A stretch of 64,000 nt of DNA from contig JAGYIY010000004.1 in the NCBI GenBank assembly GCA_018402485.1, positions 2,587 through 66,586 on the forward strand, in the 5' to 3' direction. Under the pieces are notes generated by a model. It saw nothing but the letters and a program-made list of their open reading frames with translations. It searched no databases and was not told the DNA's origin. Made by a program: the position numbers and the translations under genes. The DNA comes from Roseivirga sp. (GTDB taxonomy: Bacteria; Bacteroidota; Bacteroidia; Cytophagales; Cyclobacteriaceae). Positions 10,082-19,841 of this stretch are shown here, piece after piece (the stretch's first letter is position 1; each line of letters starts with the position of its first letter).

Positions 10082-11503
10082 TTAAAGCGCAGACCTGAAA
10101 TTAAAAAAGAAGCCTGAATTACCTTCTCTGTTGACGCTGTACTCTAGCCTCATTACAAAATCGTAATAGGTCACAATATCGAGTCCTATGCCTATACTTC
10201 CCAGCCAACTATTGTTGAAAAAATTATTTTCGTTATTGCGCAAAGCATCTCCAGCATAGCCTATATCAAAAAATATTTTGAGATATGCAGCATAGGGGAG
10301 GCTTCGGAATTGGTCGATAACACTGCCAGGGTTTAATTCCTTCAATCCTTTGATCAGTTCGAATTTCAAAGCACTTCTGTAGGAGAAAAGAAAGTCGGTT
10401 TCAATAACGTAAGCTTCGTATCCACGCAATAAATCGGGAGGATAGCCAAACCCTGAACGAAACAAATATGGAATGCGGTTTGCAAAGTTTTGATAGACTT
10501 CTGCACCTTGGGCCAAATAGAGTTTTTTGTTTAAATGGTGAAAGGAGGAATAATTCATTCGAGTGGTAAACATATCAACTTCGTTAAAAACTCCTAAACC
10601 AATTTGCTGTGCCGTAAACTCAAAAATTCTACCGGTAAGCGGATAGGCAATAAAATCTCTTCTATCGTGTTGGAAGGCGTAGGTCATCGCAAAGAAATTC
10701 TGAGTATTTCCTTGCGAATATAAATACGATGGATTCAGTTGTCTGATGGTATCTGCAACAGTATTTCGTCCATAGATTAGGCTTAAATGATGTTGATTAT
10801 AAAAAGTAGGTCTTAAGGTTATTGTGCTTCCTATGGAATATCGATTTCTTAACTCATTTTCGCTTTCTAAAAACAATTGGCGATGACTTCGAGAGCCATA
10901 GCTCACTGTTTTATTATTTGAGAATGTGGTAGAGAAGGAAAGTCCTATGGTCTGAGCGTTGTTGATGTATGGAATTTGATACTGCAGGTTAAATTGATTG
11001 GTAAAGCCAAACTGGGCCCTGACAGCCATTTTATCGTTTCGTCCTGTTAAATTCATGTGCTGCAGCTGTAACCCATAGTTAACTCGTGAGAAGTCTCTTT
11101 TTTGATTTACCCACCACTCAGTAAAGTTGCGGTCTGCCAATCTGAAGATAGGTGTAGGAAAAATATACCATCTTTCTTGCACACGAATAAGCACTTCTGC
11201 TTCATGATCTGTTGTGAAAAGTGGAATAATTTCGATCTTAATGAACAACCGAGTGTTCATTAATTTCTGCTGATCGAGCTCTATGATGTTTTGGAAACCT
11301 TCTGCAGTAAAAGTTTGCCCCGACTCGAAACCTAACTCTCGATAGATGATTTCGTCTTTGGTTTTTTTGTTTCCAACAAGGTAAATATTACCGATGGTTA
11401 CCTGCTTTTCAGGATCTAATTCAGGCATGTTCTGACCTTGGAGCCATGAGTATGTGCTCAGTAGTATGGTCAGATATACTAAAAATGAATGCCCTCTCTT
11501 CAA
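10082..11503 (-). CDS. Omp85/BamA-TamA-like protein with POTRA domain
   Basis: Signal peptide; POTRA motif IYLVGNKKTKDEIIYREL...VQERWY; NLTGRND; LRGYE; C-terminal barrel strands. Confidence 0.75.
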   Translation of the reverse strand: MKRGHSFLVYLTILLSTYSWLQGQNMPELDPEKQVTIGNIYLVGNKKTKDEIIYRELGFESGQTFTAEGFQNIIELDQQKLMNTRLFIKIEIIPLFTTDHEAEVLIRVQERWYIFPTPIFRLADRNFTEWWVNQKRDFSRVNYGLQLQHMNLTGRNDKMAVRAQFGFTNQFNLQYQIPYINNAQTIGLSFSTTFSNNKTVSYGSRSHRQLFLESENELRNRYSIGSTITLRPTFYNQHHLSLIYGRNTVADTIRQLNPSYLYSQGNTQNFFAMTYAFQHDRRDFIAYPLTGRIFEFTAQQIGLGVFNEVDMFTTRMNYSSFHHLNKKLYLAQGAEVYQNFANRIPYLFRSGFGYPPDLLRGYEAYVIETDFLFSYRSALKFELIKGLKELNPGSVIDQFRSLPYAAYLKIFFDIGYAGDALRNNENNFFNNSWLGSIGIGLDIVTYYDFVMRLEYSVNREGNSGFFFNFRSAL

Positions 11504-11514
11504 AATGATGATGA

Positions 11515-12642
11515 CTAAGTCTTGTTTCTTTTCATATAGACGCTTAGCAAGATGAATAACCCTATCGCAACCAGTGGGATGCTTAGCATTTGACCTAAAT
11601 TATAGCTTAGGTCGTCTTCGAATGCTACTTGATTTTCTTTAAAAACCTCATGAAACCAACGAAACCCAAAAATCCATACCAGAAAAATACCTGTCAGCAG
11701 CCCTTCGGGTGTTTTACCTTTCATTTTGAACCATAAACCCAGCAGAATGATGAATAAAATGATGCATGTTCCGGCTTCATACAGTTGGGAGGGATGTCGG
11801 GAAATTCCGTAGGTACGAACTATGGCCACATACTCTCTTCCCTGCAGGGTAAGTTCATAGTCCAATTCACCTTCCTGTACATAATGTTCATTAATGCTTG
11901 CTGAATTGGTTAGTATATTTTTTACTTGATTTTCAATTAATAGCCTTGCATTGGCTTCACTTATTCTTTGGTCTTCAAAAGTAAGGGTTAAGCTGACAGG
12001 AACAATGCCGGCTGCTAAGGCTTCACCACTTCCTTTGGCTGCTTCTGCAGATGCAATGCCAATGTTTGAGCTTTCAAGATACTCCTCTGCAATTCGACCA
12101 AAAACCACTCCATAGTCTGATTCTGTTGGCTTACCGATGATTTCAGAGTTGACAAAGTTTCCGAATCGAATAAAGGCACCAGCAAGGGCAACTGTAATCA
12201 CTATACGGTCTAAAATCCATAAATAGCGCTGTCCTTTTCTTTTGCGTTTTTTGAATGTCCTTTTTGTCCATCCGATGATGATGGAGTAATTGGAATACAG
12301 ATACAATGCTATGAAAATACCTATGGCTGCACCATGACTGGCCAGCCCGCCTTCCCAAATTCTAAAAAAAATCAGAGGATCTGCCAACCATCTATCGGGC
12401 TCGTAAAAGGCTAAATGACCGAATCGCGCACCTAAGACCGTGGCTAAAACCATATGTACGGTTAATACATCTACATCTTCAGGATTATGATTTTCTGTCT
12501 TGAAAATCTTGATCATGATTTGGTAGCCAATGATGAATCCAGCTGCAAAAAGCACACTGTACCACACTGGTGGTTCAATGCCTTTGATTATTTCTCGCAT
12601 GGGATCCCAAACGATATAGGAAAGGATGGTTTCTAAATGCAT
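11515..12642 (-). CDS. lgt: Prolipoprotein diacylglyceryl transferase
   Basis: GARFGH, IWEGGLASHG, IRFGNFVNSEIIG, RHPSQLYE and GQMLSIP motifs. Confidence 0.93.
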   Translation of the reverse strand: MHLETILSYIVWDPMREIIKGIEPPVWYSVLFAAGFIIGYQIMIKIFKTENHNPEDVDVLTVHMVLATVLGARFGHLAFYEPDRWLADPLIFFRIWEGGLASHGAAIGIFIALYLYSNYSIIIGWTKRTFKKRKRKGQRYLWILDRIVITVALAGAFIRFGNFVNSEIIGKPTESDYGVVFGRIAEEYLESSNIGIASAEAAKGSGEALAAGIVPVSLTLTFEDQRISEANARLLIENQVKNILTNSASINEHYVQEGELDYELTLQGREYVAIVRTYGISRHPSQLYEAGTCIILFIILLGLWFKMKGKTPEGLLTGIFLVWIFGFRWFHEVFKENQVAFEDDLSYNLGQMLSIPLVAIGLFILLSVYMKRNKT

Positions 12643-12646
12643 AAAA

Positions 12647-12654
12647 CAAATATA
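12647..12654 (-). promoter_or_regulatory. Bacteroidota sigma-A -7 element (TATATTTG) for lgt
   Basis: Exact TAnnTTTG on the minus strand, 4 nt upstream of the ATG. Confidence 0.45.
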
Positions 12655-12729
12655 TATGAAAAGCTTGAAGCTACTTCATTAAGATGTATTAAGTGTAGTT
12701 TAGGTTTTGTAAAATCTACAAGAAAGGCG

Positions 12730-14571
12730 TTATAGTACTTCTAACTCTTCAATAAAGCCGGCTGAAAGAATTGGGAAGCGACACCATGTTCTGGGATCGA
12801 CATTGAAATCGTCTAAGTGAAATGCAGGAGCAAGGCGTTCTCTTTTCCATTGATTTCTACTCCAAAGTTGAAAAAATGTACGAATATGTGCCTTGAGGTC
12901 TTCTTCAGAAGTCAGTTTTTCTTCCAGCAAGGACTGATACACTTCCAAAGGTGATTGATGTTCTTGTATGGCTTTTCTCTCTATGGCCACCATGAGGTCA
13001 TAGGGCATTAAGTCCTTCTCATCGGTTTGATCTGTTGCGCCCGGTCTCAGCTCAGCGGTAGGGGCTAAGGCATTAATAGCGGCCAATCCCTTGTAGCCTA
13101 ACTCGACTTCAGCATATTTCAGCCAAGCCCGAATAAAGGATTTATCGACACTGGCAATAGGGGCTAAACTTCCACTGGTATCTCCATCCATGGTTGCATA
13201 GCCCACATCACCTTCACTCCTGTTGGAGGTGGTAAGCAACAATGTACCCATTACATTGGTGAGCATCCAAATGATTGGACTACGCGAACGCGACTGTATG
13301 TTTTGTAAAGCCAGATCGTCCGTCTCCCAGGTCAATTTCCTACCAAGGGCTCGCTCAATGGTTTGGGTATTGGCTTTCACCTGATCGTCAATGTTCCACT
13401 CGTAGAAAGTTGATCCAATCGATTGAGCCAAATTTTCTGCAGCATTCCTTGTGGTTTCCGAAGAGTTGCTGGTTGCTTGATAGGCCGTATAAAGCAAATG
13501 GCTGAGGATCGATTTTTCATCCTGATCGCTGAGATCTGTACGGCCTAAAGATGCTAGAAAGCATAGTTTGCCTAAGTCAGCTATGCCGCGACGTACCATT
13601 TCGGCTACCATAATAGCGCATGTGGCAGAGTCGGCACCCCCACTAAGCGAAAGGGTGAAGCCTTTGGTTTTACTTTTGCGCAAATAATCAAACAAAGCTA
13701 AACCACAGGCTTGTGGGAATTCATCGGCTTTAGATACCACTTCAGCCACTTTTTTCTCTTTATCTACCACAACGGTTTCAGGAGAAAGGTCAAACCAGCA
13801 CAATTGACTTGGCTGAAAACTTAATAATTCATTGCGAAGGCATAGTTGACCTTGATGCGCTATCAGAATTTCACCATCATAAATCATTCTTCCAGCCTCA
13901 TTACCTAAGAGGTTGGCGTAAACATAAGTACAGTTAAAATCTCTAGAGGTTTGTTCCACCAAATCTATGCGCTCTATGGTCTTTTGCATGGCAAAGTGGC
14001 TTGCACTTGGGTTAATGATCATATTGACCTCTTTCCGTGCTAATCGATAGGCAGGACGTTCGTCTCCTCTCCAAGCGTCTTCACATATTTCAATACCAAG
14101 GTGCCAGGGGCCAAACTGGAAAGTGAGGTCACCTATTTCGCATTGAAGTTCACCCCATGAAAAGGTCTCTATCACACCTATTGGCCAAGGTTGAAACCAT
14201 CGTGGTTCGTAATGTACACCATCTAATGCCATAAATTGTTTGGCATAAATACCCAAGAGTTTTTGATTTTGTACTACAACGGCACAATTATAAAGTACTC
14301 CTTTGTGCCGAACAGGTAGATTAAAAGTAGTGAATAAACCTGCTGTTTCCTGAATCAATTCAGGTAGTAGATCCATTGCTTTTTGCGGTAACCAATGGCT
14401 TAGAAAGAGGTCTTCGCATCCGTAACCGGTGACCGATAGTTCAGGGAAAACGAGCAAATCCACTTGTTCCTTGCGTGCTTGTTTCAAAACTTCCTTCAGG
14501 CGATGGATATTTCCAGCCCAATCTAAAGGCGTTTGATTCACTGTAGCTCCACCAATTCTGTAGGTTTTCAT
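12730..14571 (-). CDS. nadE: Glutamine-dependent NAD+ synthetase
   Basis: N-terminal nitrilase domain (FPELSVTGYGCED, EICED) plus NAD synthase domain (SLSGGADS, QNIQSR, PTAEL). Start ATG 14571 overlaps the rnc stop (ATGA). Confidence 0.93.
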   Translation of the reverse strand: MKTYRIGGATVNQTPLDWAGNIHRLKEVLKQARKEQVDLLVFPELSVTGYGCEDLFLSHWLPQKAMDLLPELIQETAGLFTTFNLPVRHKGVLYNCAVVVQNQKLLGIYAKQFMALDGVHYEPRWFQPWPIGVIETFSWGELQCEIGDLTFQFGPWHLGIEICEDAWRGDERPAYRLARKEVNMIINPSASHFAMQKTIERIDLVEQTSRDFNCTYVYANLLGNEAGRMIYDGEILIAHQGQLCLRNELLSFQPSQLCWFDLSPETVVVDKEKKVAEVVSKADEFPQACGLALFDYLRKSKTKGFTLSLSGGADSATCAIMVAEMVRRGIADLGKLCFLASLGRTDLSDQDEKSILSHLLYTAYQATSNSSETTRNAAENLAQSIGSTFYEWNIDDQVKANTQTIERALGRKLTWETDDLALQNIQSRSRSPIIWMLTNVMGTLLLTTSNRSEGDVGYATMDGDTSGSLAPIASVDKSFIRAWLKYAEVELGYKGLAAINALAPTAELRPGATDQTDEKDLMPYDLMVAIERKAIQEHQSPLEVYQSLLEEKLTSEEDLKAHIRTFFQLWSRNQWKRERLAPAFHLDDFNVDPRTWCRFPILSAGFIEELEVL

Positions 14572-15314
14572 GCCGTTGCAATTTGAAGTTTGAGGCATGC
14601 CTCTCTAGAGGCATCTTGTTCAGCTTTCTTCTTGCTTAAACCATGACCTTTTGCTAATGTTTCATCATCGACAGATACTTCAACGATAAATTCTTTGTAC
14701 TGTCCGTTGTCTAAAGTTTGCAGATGCTTGTAGTTAGGTGTTTTACCTTGTTTTTGTGCCCATTCTATCAGTTTACTCTTGTAATTTTTTGTGGTAACAA
14801 TGATTTCTTCTAAATCATAGTGAGGTTTGAGTAATCGCTGAATGATGAAATTATGGGCCGATTGAAAGCCTTTATCCAAGTAAATGGCTCCAATCAGAGC
14901 TTCGAGGGTATTGCCAAAAAGGGATTTATGTGAGTGAGAAGTTTTTCGTCTTTTATCGTACTGAACGATCTCAGGAATACCAATTTTTCTCGCTACATGA
15001 TTCAGAGCATCTCGGCTTACAATTCGAGACCGAATCTCTGTAAGAAACCCTTCGTCCTTCAATGGGAATTTTTTGAATAAATAGTCGGCAATGACTGTGC
15101 CTAAGACCGCATCACCAAGGTATTCCAGTCTTTCGTTCGAGTCTTTGAAGTTGGTATGCAGATTTTTGGCTACGGAAGTATGTCTTGTGGCACGCCAATA
15201 CAATCGAGTATTATGAGGTCTAAAACCAATAATGCTCTTAACGGCACGTATAAAATCTTTTTCCTCTTGTGAGGTGCCACGTAAAAATGTAAGAATACGG
15301 TTAATTAACCGCAC
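14568..15314 (-). CDS. rnc: Ribonuclease III
   Basis: NERLEYLGDAVLG signature; C-terminal dsRBD (NYKSKLIEWAQ...SKKKAEQDA). Confidence 0.95.
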   Translation of the reverse strand: MRLINRILTFLRGTSQEEKDFIRAVKSIIGFRPHNTRLYWRATRHTSVAKNLHTNFKDSNERLEYLGDAVLGTVIADYLFKKFPLKDEGFLTEIRSRIVSRDALNHVARKIGIPEIVQYDKRRKTSHSHKSLFGNTLEALIGAIYLDKGFQSAHNFIIQRLLKPHYDLEEIIVTTKNYKSKLIEWAQKQGKTPNYKHLQTLDNGQYKEFIVEVSVDDETLAKGHGLSKKKAEQDASREACLKLQIATA

Positions 15315-15316
15315 CT

Positions 15317-16567
15317 TTACTCTGGTTTTTTGAAAACAACCGAAGTATTATGCCCCCCAAAGCCAAAAGTATTACTCAGAGCTGCATTCACTGTTCTCTT
15401 CTGAGCTTTATTGAATGTGAAATTCAAACGTGGATCGAATTGTTCATCATCTGTGAAATGATTGATGGTAGGAGGAATTACCTGATGTTGAATAGCCAAA
15501 ATACTTGCAATGGCTTCTATGGCACCAGCAGCTCCTAACAAATGACCTGTCATAGATTTGGTTGAACTGATGTTCAGGTTGAAGGCATGTTCACCAAAAA
15601 CACGTTCAATGGCTTTCACTTCGCTAATGTCGCCTAGAGGGGTTGAAGTACCATGCACATTTACATAATCGATGTCTTTCGGTTGCATATTGGCATCATC
15701 TAATGCATTCATCATTACATTGTAAGCACCTAAACCTTCAGGATGAGGTGCAGTGATATGATAAGCATCAGCAGACATGCCGCCACCTACGATTTCTGCA
15801 TAGATTTTAGCTCCACGGGCTTTGGCATGTTCGTATTCTTCTAGGATTAAAGCGCCAGATCCTTCTCCCAATACAAAACCATTTCTGTCTTTATCGAAAG
15901 GTCGCGATGCTGTTTTGGGAGCATCATTGCTTTCCGAAAGGGCTTTCATGGCATTGAACCCCCCAACACCAGCTTCAGTAACAGAGGCTTCTGAGCCTCC
16001 CGTTATCATTACCTTAGCTTTGCCCAACTTAATATAAGTCATGGCATCTATCATGGCATTGGTGGCTGATGCACAAGCCGAAACAGTAACGAAATTGGGT
16101 CCGTGAAACCCATATTTGATAGAGATCATTCCTGCGGAAATATCTGCTATCATTTTAGGAATAAAAAAGGGATTGAACCTAGGTGTGCCGTCACCCTGGG
16201 CAAAGGCTGAAACTTCCTCCTGGAAAGTACGAAGTCCGCCAATACCAGAACCCCAAATTACACCGGCTTTTAATTTATCTATGGCATCCAAATCCAAACC
16301 GCTGTCCTCTACAGCTTCCTGTGAGGTAACCATCGCGTATTGTGTAAAGGCATCCATCTTTCGTACTTCTTTTCTGTCGAAGTAATCCAGAGGATCATAC
16401 CCTTTCAATTCACAAGCAAAGCGAGTTTTGAATTTTTCGGCATCGAATTTTGTAATGTCTGCAGCACCACTTACTCCTTTGATCAGGTTAGACCAATAGT
16501 CATTGACATTGTTACCTAATGGCGTAAGTGCACCCAGTCCGGTTACTACAACTCTTTTTAATTCCAT
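15317..16567 (-). CDS. fabF: Beta-ketoacyl-ACP synthase II
   Basis: RVVVTGLG, SACAS (catalytic Cys), HGTST, KSMTGHLLGAAG, SNTFGFGGHN. Confidence 0.96.
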   Translation of the reverse strand: MELKRVVVTGLGALTPLGNNVNDYWSNLIKGVSGAADITKFDAEKFKTRFACELKGYDPLDYFDRKEVRKMDAFTQYAMVTSQEAVEDSGLDLDAIDKLKAGVIWGSGIGGLRTFQEEVSAFAQGDGTPRFNPFFIPKMIADISAGMISIKYGFHGPNFVTVSACASATNAMIDAMTYIKLGKAKVMITGGSEASVTEAGVGGFNAMKALSESNDAPKTASRPFDKDRNGFVLGEGSGALILEEYEHAKARGAKIYAEIVGGGMSADAYHITAPHPEGLGAYNVMMNALDDANMQPKDIDYVNVHGTSTPLGDISEVKAIERVFGEHAFNLNISSTKSMTGHLLGAAGAIEAIASILAIQHQVIPPTINHFTDDEQFDPRLNFTFNKAQKRTVNAALSNTFGFGGHNTSVVFKKPE

Positions 16568-16585
16568 AGACGAGCCGAGAGAGAA

Positions 16586-16825
16586 TTATTGTGAAACGTT
16601 AGCTTCTAGGTAAGAGATGGCATCGCCAACTGTTGCGATGTTTTCAGCCTGATCATCGGGAATAGAGATGTTAAACTCTTTCTCGAATTCCATGATCAGC
16701 TCCACCGTGTCTAAGGAATCAGCTCCTAGGTCGTTTGTAAAGCTAGCCTCTGGCGTAACCTCTGACTCTTCAACTCCTAATTTATCGATGATGATACCCT
16801 TAACTTTTGATGCGATTTCTGACAT
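16586..16825 (-). CDS. acpP: Acyl carrier protein
   Basis: [14 protein letters not shown] phosphopantetheine motif. Confidence 0.97.
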   Translation of the reverse strand: MSEIASKVKGIIIDKLGVEESEVTPEASFTNDLGADSLDTVELIMEFEKEFNISIPDDQAENIATVGDAISYLEANVSQ

Positions 16826-16864
16826 TGTCGTAAAAATTTAGATTAAACTTGATGCAAAGAAATG

Positions 16865-16872
16865 CAAATATA
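16865..16872 (-). promoter_or_regulatory. -7 promoter element (TATATTTG) for acpP-fabF-rnc-nadE
   Basis: TAnnTTTG on the minus strand about 40 nt upstream of the acpP ATG. Confidence 0.55.
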
Positions 16873-16936
16873 AGTTAATCTCAAACAAAATCTTTATTCT
16901 TGTCCTGTCGGAGGCAGAAGCCTAAATTGCAGTATT

Positions 16937-17365
16937 ATGGTTGTGAATAAGTTACAAGTCGATTATGATTTTGACTTTTTGTTGGTGGCCCTCAATTCAA
17001 ATGTAAAACCCTATAAATTGGCTTGGTATATTAATAGAGCTTTGGAAGTTACCCTTGTAATGATGGAGAACATTCAGATTGAGTTTAAAAAAAACAAAAG
17101 CCTTTATATTCAGAACTATGAAGCGCACGGCACAAATTACCTGCTTCGTTTACTAAAAAACAGAGCTGAGGATGTGGAAGATATTTATCAAGCTTACCTG
17201 TTGCCGGAGTTGAAAAATTTTGATTACTTCCTGCTTTTGGAAAACGATACCAATACCTTCGATGAGAACACTTTCTTAAATCAAATCAAAGAAATACCTT
17301 TCGTGCAATTTGCAACACAAGTAGACGCAGAAACACTAAAATCCAGAGACAACCTAATTTTTTAA
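16937..17365 (+). CDS. IPExxxVDY-family protein
   Basis: YKLAWYINRAL, YLLPELKNFDYFL, LKSRDNLIF; typical position between acpP and pyk in Bacteroidota. Confidence 0.75.
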   Translation: MVVNKLQVDYDFDFLLVALNSNVKPYKLAWYINRALEVTLVMMENIQIEFKKNKSLYIQNYEAHGTNYLLRLLKNRAEDVEDIYQAYLLPELKNFDYFLLLENDTNTFDENTFLNQIKEIPFVQFATQVDAETLKSRDNLIF

Positions 17366-17366
17366 A

Positions 17367-18800
17367 ATGGGAAATATTATCAATAACAACAGAGCGAAAA
17401 TAGTTGCCACTCTAGGCCCAGCGAGTAATAGCAAGGAAATGCTGATTCGACTGGTGACGGCAGGGGTAAATGTCTTCAGACTTAATTTTTCGCATGGTGA
17501 GCATGAAACGCACAAGGAGGTGATACGCCTGATTCGTGAAGTGAATGCTGAATTGAATACTCATGTATCTATACTACAAGATTTACAAGGCCCAAAAATA
17601 AGGGTGGAAAAGGTGAAAGATGGTGAGGTCTTTATCAAAGAAGGTGAGAAGCTCGTGATTACCACCGATAGCATTGAAGGAACGGCTGAAAGGGTAAGTA
17701 CTTCATATCAGAATTTGCCAACAGATGTAGCCGTTGGGGATAGTGTATTGATAGATGATGGAAACCTTGAGCTTACAGTTGAAAAAGTAGAAGGAAATGA
17801 CGTTACCTGTAAAGTGATTTACGGTGGCTCGCTGAAATCAAGAAAAGGTATCAATTTACCATTTACAAACGTTACCGCACCCGCACTGACTGAGAAAGAT
17901 ATTGAAGATCTACAATTTGGCATTGAGAACGATGTAGATTGGATCGCCCTTTCTTTTGTAAGGCATGCCAAGGATGTGGAAAACTTAAAGCAAAGGATTG
18001 CCAAGTCTGGGAAAGATATCCGTGTGGTCTCTAAAATTGAAAAGCCCGAAGCACTCAAAAATATTGATGAAATCATTCAGGTTTCTGATGGCCTCATGGT
18101 TGCTCGTGGGGATTTAGGGGTTGAAATTGTGATGGAAGAAGTGCCAATGGCTCAAAAAATGATTATTGATAAGTGCAATGAGGCTGCCAAGCCGGTCATT
18201 GTTGCTACTCAAATGATGGAAAGCATGATCAATAATCCGAGGCCAACGCGTGCTGAAACAAATGATGTGGCAAATGCAGTGTTAGATGGGGCAGATGCCA
18301 TGATGTTATCTGCTGAAACGGCTGCAGGAAAATACCCGGTAGAAACGGTGGAGTACATGGCCAGAACAATTTCTTCAGTAGAAGGAGCAGCAGAAATTTA
18401 TGATCACTTTTATTCTCCTAAAAAAGAGAGTCCGACCTACCTGAATGATAATGTGATGTTGGCCGCTTGTAAACTGAGTGAACAAGTAGAAGCTCGGGCC
18501 ATTACGGGGAATACTGTTAGCGGTTATACCGCTTTTAAAATGTCTTCTCACCGACCACATGCCAAGATTTATATCTTTACTGCGAACAAAAATCTTTTAA
18601 CCAAACTCAGCTTGGTTTGGGGGGTTGATGGTTTTTTCTATGACAAGAGAGATTCTACTGACGATTCTTTTGAAGACCAAGAGCGAATTCTTAAAGCGCA
18701 CGGACATTTAGCATCGGGTGATGTTTTCATCACTACAGCCAGCATGCCCATACAATCGGCTAGTAGAACGAATACCTTAAAACTAAACGTGGCGAAGTAA
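17367..18800 (+). CDS. pyk: Pyruvate kinase
   Basis: KIVATLGPAS, RLNFSHG, DLQGPKIR, MVARGDLGVE, ATQMMESM, PTRAE. Confidence 0.97.
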   Translation: MGNIINNNRAKIVATLGPASNSKEMLIRLVTAGVNVFRLNFSHGEHETHKEVIRLIREVNAELNTHVSILQDLQGPKIRVEKVKDGEVFIKEGEKLVITTDSIEGTAERVSTSYQNLPTDVAVGDSVLIDDGNLELTVEKVEGNDVTCKVIYGGSLKSRKGINLPFTNVTAPALTEKDIEDLQFGIENDVDWIALSFVRHAKDVENLKQRIAKSGKDIRVVSKIEKPEALKNIDEIIQVSDGLMVARGDLGVEIVMEEVPMAQKMIIDKCNEAAKPVIVATQMMESMINNPRPTRAETNDVANAVLDGADAMMLSAETAAGKYPVETVEYMARTISSVEGAAEIYDHFYSPKKESPTYLNDNVMLAACKLSEQVEARAITGNTVSGYTAFKMSSHRPHAKIYIFTANKNLLTKLSLVWGVDGFFYDKRDSTDDSFEDQERILKAHGHLASGDVFITTASMPIQSASRTNTLKLNVAK

Positions 18801-18803
18801 AGG

Positions 18804-19565
18804 TTACAGATGAATTTCTAAGCCATCATGCGCCAAGTAAATGCCTTCGGGGAGTTCTTGACTCACCGAGGCATGTTTGCCCATTCTATGACTGATGTGT
18901 GTGAAGTAGGTTTGTTCAGCACCTATTTCTTGAGCAAAATTAATGGCTTCATGCAAAGTAAAGTGACTCAAATGGGACTGCTTTTGAAGGGCGTTGATGA
19001 TCAAAACCTTTGAGCCTCTTATTTTTTCTTGCTCCTCCTTCGCGATGGTCTTGGCATCTGTTATGTAAGTGAAGTCTTGTATGCGAAAGCCAAAAACAGG
19101 TAATTGGTGATGTATTACTTCGATAGGAATAATGTCAATCCCCCCAATATGAAAAGGTTGATTGGTAATCTCATGGGTTTCAACTTGTGGGATTCCCGGA
19201 TATTTTTTTTCTGCGAAAACATAAGCATACTCTCTCTTTAGTTGCTCAAGTACCTGAGCCCTTGCGTAAACGGGCATGTCCTTTTGCTGCTTAAAGTTAA
19301 AAGCTCGGATATCATCCATGCCTGCCGTATGGTCTTTGTGTTCATGTGTAAAAAGCAGGGCATCTAAGGTTTGAATACGTGAACCTAAAACTTGCTGCCT
19401 AAAATCTGGACCGGAATCAATGATAAAACTGTTTTGATCGACCCTAATGTGAATCGATGTACGTAATCTATTGTCTCTGTAGTCTAAGGAAGTACATACG
19501 GGGCAGTCACAACCAATTACAGGTACGCCTTGTGATGTGCCTGACCCCAGGATGGTTACCTTCAC
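18804..19565 (-). CDS. MBL-fold metallo-hydrolase (PhnP-like phosphodiesterase)
   Basis: LGSGTSQGVP, CxCxxC, THEHKDH, YITD, THISH; GTG start overlaps the upstream stop (GTGA). Confidence 0.85.
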   Translation of the reverse strand: MKVTILGSGTSQGVPVIGCDCPVCTSLDYRDNRLRTSIHIRVDQNSFIIDSGPDFRQQVLGSRIQTLDALLFTHEHKDHTAGMDDIRAFNFKQQKDMPVYARAQVLEQLKREYAYVFAEKKYPGIPQVETHEITNQPFHIGGIDIIPIEVIHHQLPVFGFRIQDFTYITDAKTIAKEEQEKIRGSKVLIINALQKQSHLSHFTLHEAINFAQEIGAEQTYFTHISHRMGKHASVSQELPEGIYLAHDGLEIHL

Positions 19566-19837
19566 AATTCGAGTTTTATTTGGTAAAGCTCATTTAGGAG
19601 CTTTTTGTTTTTATCGCTCAGAGCATTCAGGTCAATCTGAATACTCTTGAGAATTTCCAATAGACAATTAATTTTACCATCCGTAGTATAATATTTATTT
19701 ACGATGGCAATTTTGGTGTCTTTTAAGACGCAGTAGCCCGCTTTAAAATTCCCTTTTTCATACCTTAAAACATAATCTGATTCAGCAAAGATATCCTCCA
19801 ACTTGTGCAGAAATTGTTTGGTATACCTTACATCCAT
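19562..19837 (-). CDS. Conserved hypothetical protein (91 aa)
   Basis: Clean ORF with RYEKGNFKAGYC motif, coupled to the MBL gene. Confidence 0.65.
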   Translation of the reverse strand: MDVRYTKQFLHKLEDIFAESDYVLRYEKGNFKAGYCVLKDTKIAIVNKYYTTDGKINCLLEILKSIQIDLNALSDKNKKLLNELYQIKLEL

Positions 19838-19841
19838 GCAT

